A stretch of DNA of 63,317 nt, filler included. It is 5 parts of 5 records of this genome, joined end to end, with 100 filler letters (N's around TTAATTAATTAA, not from the genome) between each part and the next. Parts side by side here need not be neighbours in the genome. Positions count along the whole stretch, not along the records: positions 27,661 to 34,337 come from SRR20825006_1261; positions 34,438 to 56,910 come from SRR20825006_1270; 3 more parts are not named here. One strand, given 5' to 3'. The notes below the pieces were generated by a model that saw only the letters and a program-made list of their open reading frames with translations, was not told the DNA's origin and did not search any database. This document shows positions 31,585-41,502 of the stretch, piece after piece. Positions within the stretch are counted from its first letter, which is position 1. Each line of letters starts with the position of its first letter. Both the position numbers and the translations under genes were made by a program.

Positions 31585-32343
31585 TCACGCCAAAGCGGCA
31601 AACCTTTGCGCCAGATCGGTGGTTGCGGTCCGATAGGCGCCGGGCCCATAGCTTGCACGCGACACGCCCATTTGCGCCGCATCATGCAGCGCGCTCAGGT
31701 TGCCCATCATCATGACATTGACGGGCAGGTCGGTGTTGTTTGCGATATGGGTGATATGGCTGTGCGCCGTCAGACCGGGAATAAAGAACCCGTCGGCACC
31801 GGCCCCTGCATAGGCATCTGCCCGCGCAAGCGCCTGGCCCAGCAGGTCTCCGTGGGTGTCCGGGACTGACCCCAGAAACAGGTCGGTACGCGCGTTGATG
31901 AACAGGGGGATGCCCTCAAGCTGTGCGGCCGCTCTGACAGCTTTCAGCCGCGCGACCTGCGCGTCGACTGGATACAGGCCACTGCCTTGCACAACTCTGT
32001 CCTCAATATTGATCCCGATTGCACCTGCGCGGATCACGCGACGGACATTCGTGGTGATGTCGGCGGGGGCGGTGGCATATCCGCCCTCGAAGTCTACCGA
32101 AACGGGCAGGGCGACCGATTGGGTGATCCGTTCGACAATTTGCAGGACGAAATCCAGCGGCATTGCCTCGCCGTCGTCAAATCCGTGGGCCGCTGCAACC
32201 GACCAACTGCCCGTGGCCACGGCCTTGGCACCCGCATTGGCAAGGGCCTGCGCCCCGCCTGCATCCCAGATGTTGTACAGCACCAGCGGGTCGCCCTTCT
32301 GGTGAAGGGATTTGAACAGGGCTGCTTTTTCCGACTGGGTCAT
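31585..32343 (-). CDS. Isocitrate lyase/PEP mutase family protein
   Basis: NIWDAGGA, ATGSWSVAAAHG, VSVDFEGGY, GINIED, FINARTD. Confidence 0.9.
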   Translation of the reverse strand: MTQSEKAALFKSLHQKGDPLVLYNIWDAGGAQALANAGAKAVATGSWSVAAAHGFDDGEAMPLDFVLQIVERITQSVALPVSVDFEGGYATAPADITTNVRRVIRAGAIGINIEDRVVQGSGLYPVDAQVARLKAVRAAAQLEGIPLFINARTDLFLGSVPDTHGDLLGQALARADAYAGAGADGFFIPGLTAHSHITHIANNTDLPVNVMMMGNLSALHDAAQMGVSRASYGPGAYRTATTDLAQRFAALA

Positions 32344-33416
32344 GGTTGGGCTCTTTCTTGTGGTGCGGGCAAATATTGACGTTCGATTTCAAGCAGTTTC
32401 TGTTTGCGCCACAGGCCACCGCCGTATCCGGTCAGCGCCCCGTCGGCACCGATCACCCGGTGGCAGGGCACCACCAGCGCAATCTGGTTGGCTCCGTTGG
32501 CGCGTCCCACCGCACGGGTGGCCTCGGGGCGCCCGATCTGCGCGGCAATCTGGGAATAGCTGCGGGTGACGCCGGGCGGGATGCGCCGCAGTTCGTCCCA
32601 CACCAGCTGCGCAAAGGGCGCACCGTGATAGGCCAGCGGAGTCGCGAAAACGGCAGAGGTTCCCGCAAAGAACGCTGCAAGCTCGGCCTTGAGCTGTTGC
32701 CCTGGTGCAGTCTGCCCGATACCAAGGCGACCCTTGCATTGCGCATCCAGCTTGCCCAGCTCGGTTTTCAACGCTTTGCGATCCGTGAACTCAAGCAGGT
32801 GCAGTTCGGTCTGGCTGGTGACGGAAATCATATCGCCCAGCGGGGTGCTGACCCAATCGGCAAACAGCAACGGCGCGCGGTCAAGCCGGCCAGGTGCACG
32901 CCCCAGCAATCTGGCAAAGGCAGCGCTGAACGCGCTGGCCGAGTCAAATTGCGCGTCGATCTGCGCCTCGATCACCTTGCCACCTGATGACATGGTTTCA
33001 AACCCGTCGCGCAGCCGCCGTTGTCGTGCCATTTCCAGAAATGTCATGCCGAACTGACGCTTGAAACTGCGCCGGATCGTCGAGGGATCAAACCCCATCC
33101 GCACGACATCTGTTTCCGACCAGCGAAACGCGGGCCGCTCATCCAGTGCTGCAAGCATGGCGGCAATCGCAGGGTCGCCCGAGGCCATCGGCTGCAAGGG
33201 ATGGCAGCGTTTGCAGGGACGAAACCCGGCTTCGATACAGGCGCCGACCGTGTCGTGAAACGTGCAATTCTCGCGCTTTGGTTTACGGGCGGGGCAGGTG
33301 AGGCGGCAAAACACACCGGTGGAGGAAACGCAGACAAAGGCATGCCCGTCATAGCGGTCATCGCGTGCAAGCAGGGCGCGGTACAATGTGTCGTGGTCTG
33401 GAAGGTCAAACAGCAT
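32340..33416 (-). CDS. ada: Bifunctional Ada regulator / O6-methylguanine-DNA methyltransferase
   Basis: Zn-binding FCRLTC...FRPCKRC, AraC-type HTH, VPCHRV active site. Confidence 0.93.
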   Translation of the reverse strand: MLFDLPDHDTLYRALLARDDRYDGHAFVCVSSTGVFCRLTCPARKPKRENCTFHDTVGACIEAGFRPCKRCHPLQPMASGDPAIAAMLAALDERPAFRWSETDVVRMGFDPSTIRRSFKRQFGMTFLEMARQRRLRDGFETMSSGGKVIEAQIDAQFDSASAFSAAFARLLGRAPGRLDRAPLLFADWVSTPLGDMISVTSQTELHLLEFTDRKALKTELGKLDAQCKGRLGIGQTAPGQQLKAELAAFFAGTSAVFATPLAYHGAPFAQLVWDELRRIPPGVTRSYSQIAAQIGRPEATRAVGRANGANQIALVVPCHRVIGADGALTGYGGGLWRKQKLLEIERQYLPAPQERAQP

Positions 33417-33496
33417 GTACCCACCTTATGCAGGTTCAATCCGTCGTGCCGCCTGTTTTCGGGCGTCTATTGGATTTTCACAGCGTCGGGGCGTTC

Positions 33497-33946
33497 CTAT
33501 GCCTGTGCCACCGCCATCAGCCCGTCGCGCAAATCTTGCGGGTCAATCGGGGCCAGCACTGCATCAATGGCGTCATGGGTGGCCCGCCAGGTGGGCAGCG
33601 CCTGTTTCAATACCGAACGACCCGCATCCGTCAGGCGCAGACGCCGTGCGCGGCGGTCGTTTTTATCGGGGGCCGAGGCGACGAATCCCTGCCGTTCCAG
33701 CGGCTTCAGCGCGGCCGTCAGCGTGGTGCGGTCCATGCCCAGTAGGTCCACCAGATCGCTGATCCGTGGTCCGTCGGGCCGGTTCAGCGACATCAGCAAG
33801 GAAAACTGCCCGTTGGTCAGACCAAAGGGGCGCAACGCATCATCAAAGCGCCGCGCAAGCACACGTGCCGCGCGCTGCACATACAGGCATAGGCAGCGGT
33901 CGCGAATTTCATGGGTGACCGAAAGGGGTAGGGAAGCATCCATCAT
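33497..33946 (-). CDS. MarR-family transcriptional regulator
   Basis: CLCLYVQRAAR...LTNGQFSLL...MDRTTLTAALKPLER...DRR. Confidence 0.92.
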   Translation of the reverse strand: MMDASLPLSVTHEIRDRCLCLYVQRAARVLARRFDDALRPFGLTNGQFSLLMSLNRPDGPRISDLVDLLGMDRTTLTAALKPLERQGFVASAPDKNDRRARRLRLTDAGRSVLKQALPTWRATHDAIDAVLAPIDPQDLRDGLMAVAQA

Positions 33947-33977
33947 TTATATATGTTGATATCAACGTATATAAATG
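33944..33977. promoter_or_regulatory. 34-bp near-perfect palindrome (probable MarR operator)
   Basis: CATTTATATATGTTGAT/ATCAACGTATATAAATG with one mismatched pair, between divergent marR and DUF1428 genes. Confidence 0.7.
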
Positions 33978-34013
33978 TCAATCTGAAAGACGAATCTAGC
34001 AAGAGGAGGTGAC

Positions 34014-34337
34014 GTGATGTCATATGTATCTGGATTTCTGCTGGCCGTGCCCGAGGCAAACAAGGCCGCCTACAAGGACATGGCCGAAAAGGCCTGGCCG
34101 CTTTTCAAGGAATACGGCTGTTTGTCGCTTCAGGAAAACTGGGGCGTCGACACGCCAGAGGGCAAGGTCACGTCCTTCCCGATGTCCGTCAAACGCGAAG
34201 AGGGCGAAGTGGTCGTGTTCTCGTGGATGATCTGGCCCGACAAGGCGACCGCCGACAAGGGCTTTGAGCAGATGATGAACGACCCGCGCATGCAGGAGAT
34301 GATGGAGATGCCCTTTGACGGGATGCGCATGATGTGG
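34014..34337 (+). CDS. DUF1428 (YbaA-like) family protein, 3' truncated
   Basis: YVSGFLLAVP...GKVTSF...EVVVFSW...MPFDGMRM. Confidence 0.88.
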
Positions 34338-34437
34338 NNNNNNNNNNNNNNNNNNNNNNNNNNNNNNNNNNNNNNNNNNNNTTAATTAATTAANNNNNNN
34401 NNNNNNNNNNNNNNNNNNNNNNNNNNNNNNNNNNNNN
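34338..34437. other. Artificial contig linker
   Basis: N44-TTAATTAATTAA-N44. Confidence 0.98.
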
Positions 34438-34486
34438 TTTTCCCTGACCTTTTTAAAAGAGACAGAGAAATCTTGAACTGTTTCCC

Positions 34487-34753
34487 TTGGAATCACTTTT
34501 TTGGGAACTTTCTCCAAGCAAGCAGCGTATCTTACTTATATCAATTAAACTAAGATTTGAAAGGAAAGAAAAAAATGTTAATAGTGAGGTCCAAATTAAT
34601 TTTTTAAATAAAACATATGAGGTGGTTTATTTGGGGAATAAAGTCACAAAAGTGTATGGCTATAAAATATTAGACTCTGAAATTAGTAAGCTAATAACAC
34701 TCATAGTTAGAGCTAATATGGAAGCTATCAAATCAATTTATAAGGATGAATAA
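34487..34753 (+). CDS. Hypothetical protein (AT-rich, possibly a gene remnant)
   Basis: 88-aa ORF only; no recognised motif. Confidence 0.3.
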   Translation: MESLFWELSPSKQRILLISIKLRFERKEKNVNSEVQINFLNKTYEVVYLGNKVTKVYGYKILDSEISKLITLIVRANMEAIKSIYKDE

Positions 34754-34857
34754 CTTTTTTAGGTTTAAAAATTCCTTTTTTTTATCCCCTCAGTCGTCCC
34801 CTAAAAATAAAAAACCCTCGCAAACTATTGATTTACAAGGGTTTTTACTTAGTAAAA

Positions 34858-34879
34858 GTGGTCCCACCTGGGATTGAAC
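34858..34879 (-). mobile_element. Isolated tRNA 3'-end fragment; probable integrase att site
   Basis: Minus strand reads GTTCAATCCCAGGTGGGACCAC (T-loop, T-stem, acceptor 3' strand) with no tRNA 5' half; flanked by 12-bp-period direct repeats and a hairpin at 34809-34846. Confidence 0.7.
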
Positions 34880-35197
34880 TATTTATGTATATTGCTCTTT
34901 TTTAGAGTTTTGTAAATATATTTTGGTTTTTACTCACCGAATAACTCACCAATGCAATGTCGGATTTCTAATGAACGTATTTGCTTTTAAATATAACCAT
35001 AATATATTTTAAGAGACATATTTAGGTAAATGTCGGTTTGATTTTATAATGGTATAATTGAACTTAATTAAGGCCATCAGCTATTATGTTTTCAAACATA
35101 AATGATTAATCAGGACGGTAGGGCGAGACGGGAGCTGATACCTTCTATGGATTGTGATAGGGGAATTTGTGTTCTTCTTTGATGGGAAGGATAAAAA

Positions 35198-35692
35198 AAG
35201 TTCATATTTCCTAAAACAACTACGGATTTACCTGTACCTATTATCAAAACACATAAACAAATTCATTGAAAAAGAATCTTTTCTGCAATAACCACCGACC
35301 ATTTTAAAAATGGGTATTGGATGAGCATCAGAGATTTAAATGGTAAAATTGTGTATGTCCACAATGTGGGAGCACCCGGCATTTCTGGTGAATTGGATAT
35401 GGTAATGGGAGAACCATTGATTATTGTCACATTGTCCAGTAGAAGCCTCATGGATGGGTGGGCACAAGTGAGAACAAATATTAGAAAGGCGTTTTTTGGT
35501 AGCACATCTCCAATCGAACAGTTCTTGAAAACTGAAAAGGTAATCAAAACTTATAGAGAGCATGGTTTGGAAAATTCGCACAAACTACTGGTCGAACTCG
35601 ACAATGATATCTCGGACAAAATTACTTACAGTTTTGCTGAAAAATATGCGAATAACAGTCAGCCTGAAAAGGCATCCAGATTCAATCTTTAA
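35198..35692 (+). pseudogene. Degraded fragment resembling the C-terminal part of a beta-lactamase-like serine hydrolase leading into a TPR region
   Basis: HNVGAPGISGELD...IIVTLSS resembles the H-x-GG-x-PG...IVLSN end of such enzymes; in-frame TGA at 35267; ends prematurely. Confidence 0.45.
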
Positions 35693-36425
35693 AAATCTAT
35701 GAACAGTATTATATGATTAATTTTTAGAAGACTGATCATAAAATGAGCATCCATATTTAAGCTTCCCCATGGTTTACAATATCTGTCACTTCCTATTGGT
35801 ACCACGATAATCACTTACTTGGAAATTCCCCATCAAACTAGGTAAATTCCAGAAGCATACCTTGGTACAACTGATGATATCCCTTTTGCTTGTAATTTTA
35901 ATTCTCGTGGATAGTGGCCTTCTTGATTGACCGCCCAAAAATGTCGTCAAAAAATAGTACTGAAAGAGTTCAAGTAAGAATGAATTTCAAAAAGCAAAAA
36001 GTAAAGATGATAATTTTAAATTATTGTCTCCAAGCTCTTATATTTCCCGAGTCTTTCCTTGATTACGCATAAAAAAGACCTAATCTGTGCCATTTCAATG
36101 GGACTATAACACTTGCAGTTTTTAAAATAATAAAACTAAAATCTCTGTCCTTAATTAGCATGTTTGTGTCACATTGATATGTCCTCCCTCAGGATAACAG
36201 CAATTTTCTGCTAAAACCAAATAATCCAGCATCAAATTCAAGTACAGCTTGAAATAAACGTTTTTTTAAATCACCTAGATTGATTTAAAAATCATATGGG
36301 TATTTAAGATAGTCCACCAACAAACATTAAAACTTGTTTTACAATGGCCTTGATAAATTCCAAAAAACTTTCAACAAAGATTTGTTCAAACCTACGCCCT
36401 ATCACAAAGCTGTCTCATAGACAAA

Positions 36426-36510
36426 GTGTTATCGTACACAAAAAATTAATGTGTACGTACACATTTTTTATTAAAATCCTTTGAAAATCCATATTCAACA
36501 ATTACATTAG
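36426..36510 (+). promoter_or_regulatory. susC promoter with LacI-type operators
   Basis: Perfect AATGTGTACGTACACATT at 36448-36465, second site GTGTTATCGTACAC at 36426-36439; TTTG(36480)-N19-TACATTAG(36503) fits the Bacteroidota -33/-7 consensus. Confidence 0.7.
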
Positions 36511-36788
36511 CAACTATAAGTATGTTAAAAACCCAATAAACAATATTTAAAAAACTGTTATTCAGACACTTGGTAACTCTTAAAGCAATTTTAAAATGGA
36601 ATACCTACCATCTTTCGATTGATATCCCTGACCAAGAAGTGACCGAGGCGCTTTATAAAGACTTGAACGTAGGCGTTCAAGCTACATGATCCAAACCAAA
36701 TGAAACTTTAAAATAAAACGTGCCGCTGTCGATTCAGCAAGCGTTGAACCAGATAAAACTTTTACTAACTAGCTAATTGAATTACAAA

Positions 36789-39700
36789 ATGGAAAAACCG
36801 ATAACTAGATTGTGCCATACCTCCCATAGGGGCACAAGAATTTTACGCCTTGGGGTTTATCTGTCCCTAATACTGGGTGTTTTGGTCCATACCAATGCCA
36901 ATGCCAAAATACCAGACCAAATCCAACAGGATAGGTCGGTTACGGGTACGATAGTGGATGAGAACGATCAACCGCTACCTGGTGCTACCGTTATGGTCTT
37001 AGGTACCAATCAAGGTACAACGGCTTCCTTTGATGGAGAATTTGAAATAACCGTTCCAAGCGGGTCCGATACCTTGGTCTTTTCCTACATAGGTTACATT
37101 ACCCAGGAAATCGTATTGAATGGACAAACTACACTGTCCATTAAGCTCTTACCGGACACGACCAACCTTAACGAGGTCGTGGTCGTTGGTTATGGAACCC
37201 AAAAGAAGAAAGATGTGGTAGGGGCCATTTCTTCTGTAAAAAGTGAGGAACTTGTCCTTTCTTCCACACCTTCGGTGGGCCAGGCCCTTCAAGGTCGTGT
37301 TTCTGGATTACAGATTGTACAGAACAGCGCACAACCCGGAGGTGGACAGGATTTTAGGATACGTGGTGCCGCATCTATCAATGCCAGCAACCAACCACTC
37401 ATTGTAGTAGACGGTTTTCCTATCACCGATTTTCAGCAACCTGACTCGGGAAACCGATATGATGGGGGTACACAGGGTATTCTCAACTCTTTCAACCCCA
37501 ATGATATCGAGTCCATTGAAGTCTTAAAAGATGCAAGTTCCACAGCGATTTATGGCGCACGGGCATCGAATGGTGTGATTTTGATTACGACCAAAAAGGG
37601 AAAAATGGGCAAAATCAGTGTCGATTACTCAACGTCCTATTCCTTCCAGGACTACATCAACAACTATGAGATACTTGGCCTGCAGGAATGGATGCAATTA
37701 CGCAACGATGCCGCATACGAAAACTGGGCCTTTCTCAATCGGGTCTACCCGTATAGCGACCGTACGTTGGAGGATGCCATAGCCAATCCGGTCAACGGAG
37801 TCGCGTTTACCCGGTTTTATTCCGATGAGCAGATAAGAAACGCTGGCCAAGGCACCGATTGGTTGGGTCTTGTCACCCGCGATGGGTCCATCCAACAGCA
37901 CAACCTCTCCGTAAGAGGGGGAAGTGAATCGACCCGGTACTTCCTTTCCGGTAACTTCTATGAACAGAATGGTATTGTAAAAAATTCCGGTTTCGAACGT
38001 TCTTCCCTTCGGATCAATATTGACCAGACCTTAAACAAATATGTCAATTTTGGATTGAACCTGACCACCAGCCGTATCAACAATCAAAACTCTCAATTGG
38101 GAGGTGATCAATATGAGAACTCGGGAATCATACGGGGAGCCATACAACAAGGGCCACATATCCAACCCATTGATGAATTCGGGAATTACCCTATCAACCC
38201 GGACAGTGCCTTGGAGCCCAACCCCCTTTCCTTGCTCACCATTTCAGATGAGGGGGTCATAGATAGGACCTTGGGGAACTTCTATTTGGAAGTAAAACCA
38301 ATTCCTGGATTGACCGCGCGTATGCAAGCAGGTTTCGACAAGGGCAACACCAGTAGGAACACCTATCTACCAAGGACCACTTTATGGGGAGAACTGGAGA
38401 ATGGAAGGGCATCGGTCGCCGAACAGGAAAAAAACGATCGATTGTTGGACCTGACCTTGAACTATACCACGACCATCGAGGAAGACCATAGCTTGAACTT
38501 CCTAATCGGTTATTCCTCTCAAAAATACCGCTCTGAAAGTACCTCCGCCGGAAACACGGATTTCATTTCGGATGCCTTTCTATGGAACAACCTGAATGCA
38601 GGGGCAGGGACAAAAATCGTAGGGTCTTCAAAAACCGAAAACAATTTCGTATCCTATTTTGCACGGGTCAACTACGTATACAAGGACAGATATATTCTTA
38701 CCTCTACGGTACGTAAGGATGGCGCAAGTGTATTTGCCGCCAATAACAAGTACGGTATATTTCCTTCCATTGCCGTGGGCTGGAACCTCAGTGAAGAGCC
38801 CTTTATGGAAAACCTTAAAGATGAAATATCCCAATTCAAGCTCCGAATCGGATATGGGGAAACAGGTAATGCCGATATCGGGGGTAATGCTTTTGCTGCC
38901 TATTACGCCCAACCCGCATATTTAGGTCCCGATGAATCCATTAATGTTGGGGTCTTTGCTTCAAGATTGGCCAATCCGGACCTTAAATGGGAAACCACCA
39001 AGGAAACCAACATCGGACTTGATTTTGGTTTCTTGAACCAACGTATTTACGGATCGGTCGAAGTGTTCAACAAAGAAATATCTGATTTACTGATGGAAAA
39101 ACCCATCAATTCATATAACGAGATCAATTCCGTTTGGGCCAATGTGGGAAGGACGCAGAGTAAGGGATTTGAATTGACCTTGAGTTCAGACATCATCCGT
39201 TCAGAAGATGTCCTCTGGAGAAGCACCCTGACCTACTCCCAATACCGGGACAGATGGAAAGAACGTGCCGAGGATTTCAGACCGGCCGTTTATGAGAACG
39301 ATACGGATCCCATCAGGGCCCGTTACACCTATATCTCAGATGGTATCATGCAAGCAGATGAAATCGTTGAGGCACAGCCGGACCTATTTCCCGGGCAGAT
39401 CAAGATAAAGGATGTCAATGGTTTTTCAAGGGATGCCGATGGCAACCCGGAAGTCGATGAGAACGGTCGTTTTATAAGAACAGGAGCTCCAGACGGTAGG
39501 ATCGATGAAGCGGACATTGTACTGATGGGGTCTACCGACCCGGATTTCATTGCCGGGTTTGCCAGTACCCTTCGCTATAAGAACTTTCAATTGAACTTTA
39601 ACTTCAACGGCATGTTCGGAAGACAGATTATCGACCAGACGGATTTCACCTACGGGATCACGGCGGTGGGTGTCGCGACCAATGGGCGAAATGCCCTAAG

Positions 39701-40016
39701 AAACGTGCTCAATCGATGGACCCCTGAAAATCCATCCACTACAAGGCCAGCCTCCCATTTTGGGTACACCCAATACGGTTCAGGCGATTTTTTCCTGCAA
39801 GATGCCTGGTTCATCCGATTGCAGAATGTATCCCTGTCCTACAACCTGCCCAAAAAATGGTTCGGATCGGTAATCAACAGTGCAGCCATTAGACTGGATG
39901 GACAAAACCTCTTTGTAATCACTCCCTATGATGGTATTGACCCGGAAACAGATGCGTACACCGCGGCCTACCCCAATGTAAGGTCATACACGCTTGGACT
40001 TGATTTAAAATTTTAA
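36789..40016 (+). CDS. susC: SusC/RagA family TonB-dependent transporter
   Basis: EVVVVGYGTQKK, IEVLKDASSTAIYGARASNGVILITTK, NPDLKWET, terminal Phe; ATG at 36789 preferred over track TTG at 36777. Confidence 0.96.
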   Translation: MEKPITRLCHTSHRGTRILRLGVYLSLILGVLVHTNANAKIPDQIQQDRSVTGTIVDENDQPLPGATVMVLGTNQGTTASFDGEFEITVPSGSDTLVFSYIGYITQEIVLNGQTTLSIKLLPDTTNLNEVVVVGYGTQKKKDVVGAISSVKSEELVLSSTPSVGQALQGRVSGLQIVQNSAQPGGGQDFRIRGAASINASNQPLIVVDGFPITDFQQPDSGNRYDGGTQGILNSFNPNDIESIEVLKDASSTAIYGARASNGVILITTKKGKMGKISVDYSTSYSFQDYINNYEILGLQEWMQLRNDAAYENWAFLNRVYPYSDRTLEDAIANPVNGVAFTRFYSDEQIRNAGQGTDWLGLVTRDGSIQQHNLSVRGGSESTRYFLSGNFYEQNGIVKNSGFERSSLRINIDQTLNKYVNFGLNLTTSRINNQNSQLGGDQYENSGIIRGAIQQGPHIQPIDEFGNYPINPDSALEPNPLSLLTISDEGVIDRTLGNFYLEVKPIPGLTARMQAGFDKGNTSRNTYLPRTTLWGELENGRASVAEQEKNDRLLDLTLNYTTTIEEDHSLNFLIGYSSQKYRSESTSAGNTDFISDAFLWNNLNAGAGTKIVGSSKTENNFVSYFARVNYVYKDRYILTSTVRKDGASVFAANNKYGIFPSIAVGWNLSEEPFMENLKDEISQFKLRIGYGETGNADIGGNAFAAYYAQPAYLGPDESINVGVFASRLANPDLKWETTKETNIGLDFGFLNQRIYGSVEVFNKEISDLLMEKPINSYNEINSVWANVGRTQSKGFELTLSSDIIRSEDVLWRSTLTYSQYRDRWKERAEDFRPAVYENDTDPIRARYTYISDGIMQADEIVEAQPDLFPGQIKIKDVNGFSRDADGNPEVDENGRFIRTGAPDGRIDEADIVLMGSTDPDFIAGFASTLRYKNFQLNFNFNGMFGRQIIDQTDFTYGITAVGVATNGRNALRNVLNRWTPENPSTTRPASHFGYTQYGSGDFFLQDAWFIRLQNVSLSYNLPKKWFGSVINSAAIRLDGQNLFVITPYDGIDPETDAYTAAYPNVRSYTLGLDLKF

Positions 40017-40027
40017 AAAACATTGTC

Positions 40028-41500
40028 ATGAATCGATTGAAAACATATATTTTCCTCACAGTCGCAATTGTATTGACCGGCTGTGACCCAGAATTGGAGT
40101 CCATCAATTATGATGAGATCAACCCCAGTATATTTCCATCCTCCGAGGCAGATGTGGAGTCCTTGGTCATTGCGGCCTACCACCCCTTGAGAGGAGCTTG
40201 GTCCGATGGTATCCATACCACTTCGGAAAACGGACTGATGTTCGTATTGGACGCCACCACTGAAATCCTCCAAGGAAACTATGCCGTACAGCAAGAGGCC
40301 ACTTTGCACCGGTATAATCCCACGACCACTGGGGTCACCCGTTTCTATGATACGTTTTACAACAAGATCAGTGCGATGACCTTGAGTATCGATAGAATCG
40401 CCAACTCCGATGTCAATGAGAACATCAAGGAACAGGGCATTGCTGAAATTCGCTGTGCACGGGGTCTTTTGGCCTATGAGCTCTTCGATATGTATGGTCC
40501 TTTGGTCATCGCTCCCTTGGAAATCCTTCAAAACCCACTGGAAGAGGCTCCACTGGCCAGACTTTCCCATGAAGAAATGGTCTCTTTTATAGAAACGGAC
40601 CTATTGGCTGCCATAGAAGGGCTACCAACACCGGAAGAGGCCACCTATGGGCGGTTCAGCCAAGGTTTGGCGCGTATGATCTTGATTCGCCTGTACCTGC
40701 ATGAAAAGCGTTGGGGCGATGTACTGGCTCAGGCCAATGCAATTTTGGATATGGGATATTACGAATTGGAAGATGATTACGTAGGGCTTTGGGACGTTGA
40801 GGCCCCGGTGGACAGTAGGGAGGTCATTTGGGCCATCCCTGCCGATTATGCAGGTACCAGCGAAAACCAATGGCAATTAATGGTGCTTCCCAGTAACTTT
40901 CCAGAACGTGGAGGGTGGGGAACCATCCAAAGTTCTTGGAAATTTTATGACTCTTTTGAAGAAGGGGACATCCGAAAAACCAATCTCATCGCAGAGTATA
41001 CAGGTACCGATGGAGTTACCTACAACCGTGAAAACCCGGCCAATTATATGCAATTGGGTCCATTGCCCCTTAAAATAGCGGCGGATGCCGATCGGAGCAC
41101 TGGACTGACCACAGTGGATATAATTCAATATCGCTTTGCCGATGTACTATTGTCCAAAGCGGAAGCCTTGGCCAATATGAACGGAGGGGGAACCCAAGAG
41201 GCCATTGACCTAGTGAACATCGTACGTGAAAGGGCCCAAATACCACCATTGGAATTGACAGGGCATACGGATATCGATAGTTTCAACACCATGATATTAG
41301 TGGAACGATCCCATGAGTATTGGTGCGAGAACGGGCAATACCGTTCCGACCTTATACGACATGGAAAATATGTGGAATATGCCAATGACCTGAATGGCGT
41401 ATCTAGTGAAAGCGCTCCCTACAAAGTATTGTTTCCCTTTTCGCTCGAACGTATCTCAGAGGGCAAAGGTGCTTTTCTCCAGAACCCAGGGTACAATTAA
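40028..41500 (+). CDS. susD: SusD/RagB family glycan-binding lipoprotein
   Basis: Lipobox LTGC, RFADVLLSKAEA, ERSHE...DLIRHG, QNPGY terminus; follows susC. Confidence 0.95.
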   Translation: MNRLKTYIFLTVAIVLTGCDPELESINYDEINPSIFPSSEADVESLVIAAYHPLRGAWSDGIHTTSENGLMFVLDATTEILQGNYAVQQEATLHRYNPTTTGVTRFYDTFYNKISAMTLSIDRIANSDVNENIKEQGIAEIRCARGLLAYELFDMYGPLVIAPLEILQNPLEEAPLARLSHEEMVSFIETDLLAAIEGLPTPEEATYGRFSQGLARMILIRLYLHEKRWGDVLAQANAILDMGYYELEDDYVGLWDVEAPVDSREVIWAIPADYAGTSENQWQLMVLPSNFPERGGWGTIQSSWKFYDSFEEGDIRKTNLIAEYTGTDGVTYNRENPANYMQLGPLPLKIAADADRSTGLTTVDIIQYRFADVLLSKAEALANMNGGGTQEAIDLVNIVRERAQIPPLELTGHTDIDSFNTMILVERSHEYWCENGQYRSDLIRHGKYVEYANDLNGVSSESAPYKVLFPFSLERISEGKGAFLQNPGYN

Positions 41501-41502
41501 AT

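Noticed and set aside
27801-33959. Many long overlapping alternative-frame ORFs in the GC-rich contig
   Set aside because: Shadow ORFs of well-supported genes, expected at high GC; no motifs.
34858-34879. Functional tRNA gene
   Set aside because: Only the 3' 22 nt are present; no D-arm or anticodon arm, so reported as an att-like scar.
36662-36681. 8-bp hairpin in the long susC leader as a riboswitch
   Set aside because: No recognisable aptamer consensus; a single hairpin is insufficient.
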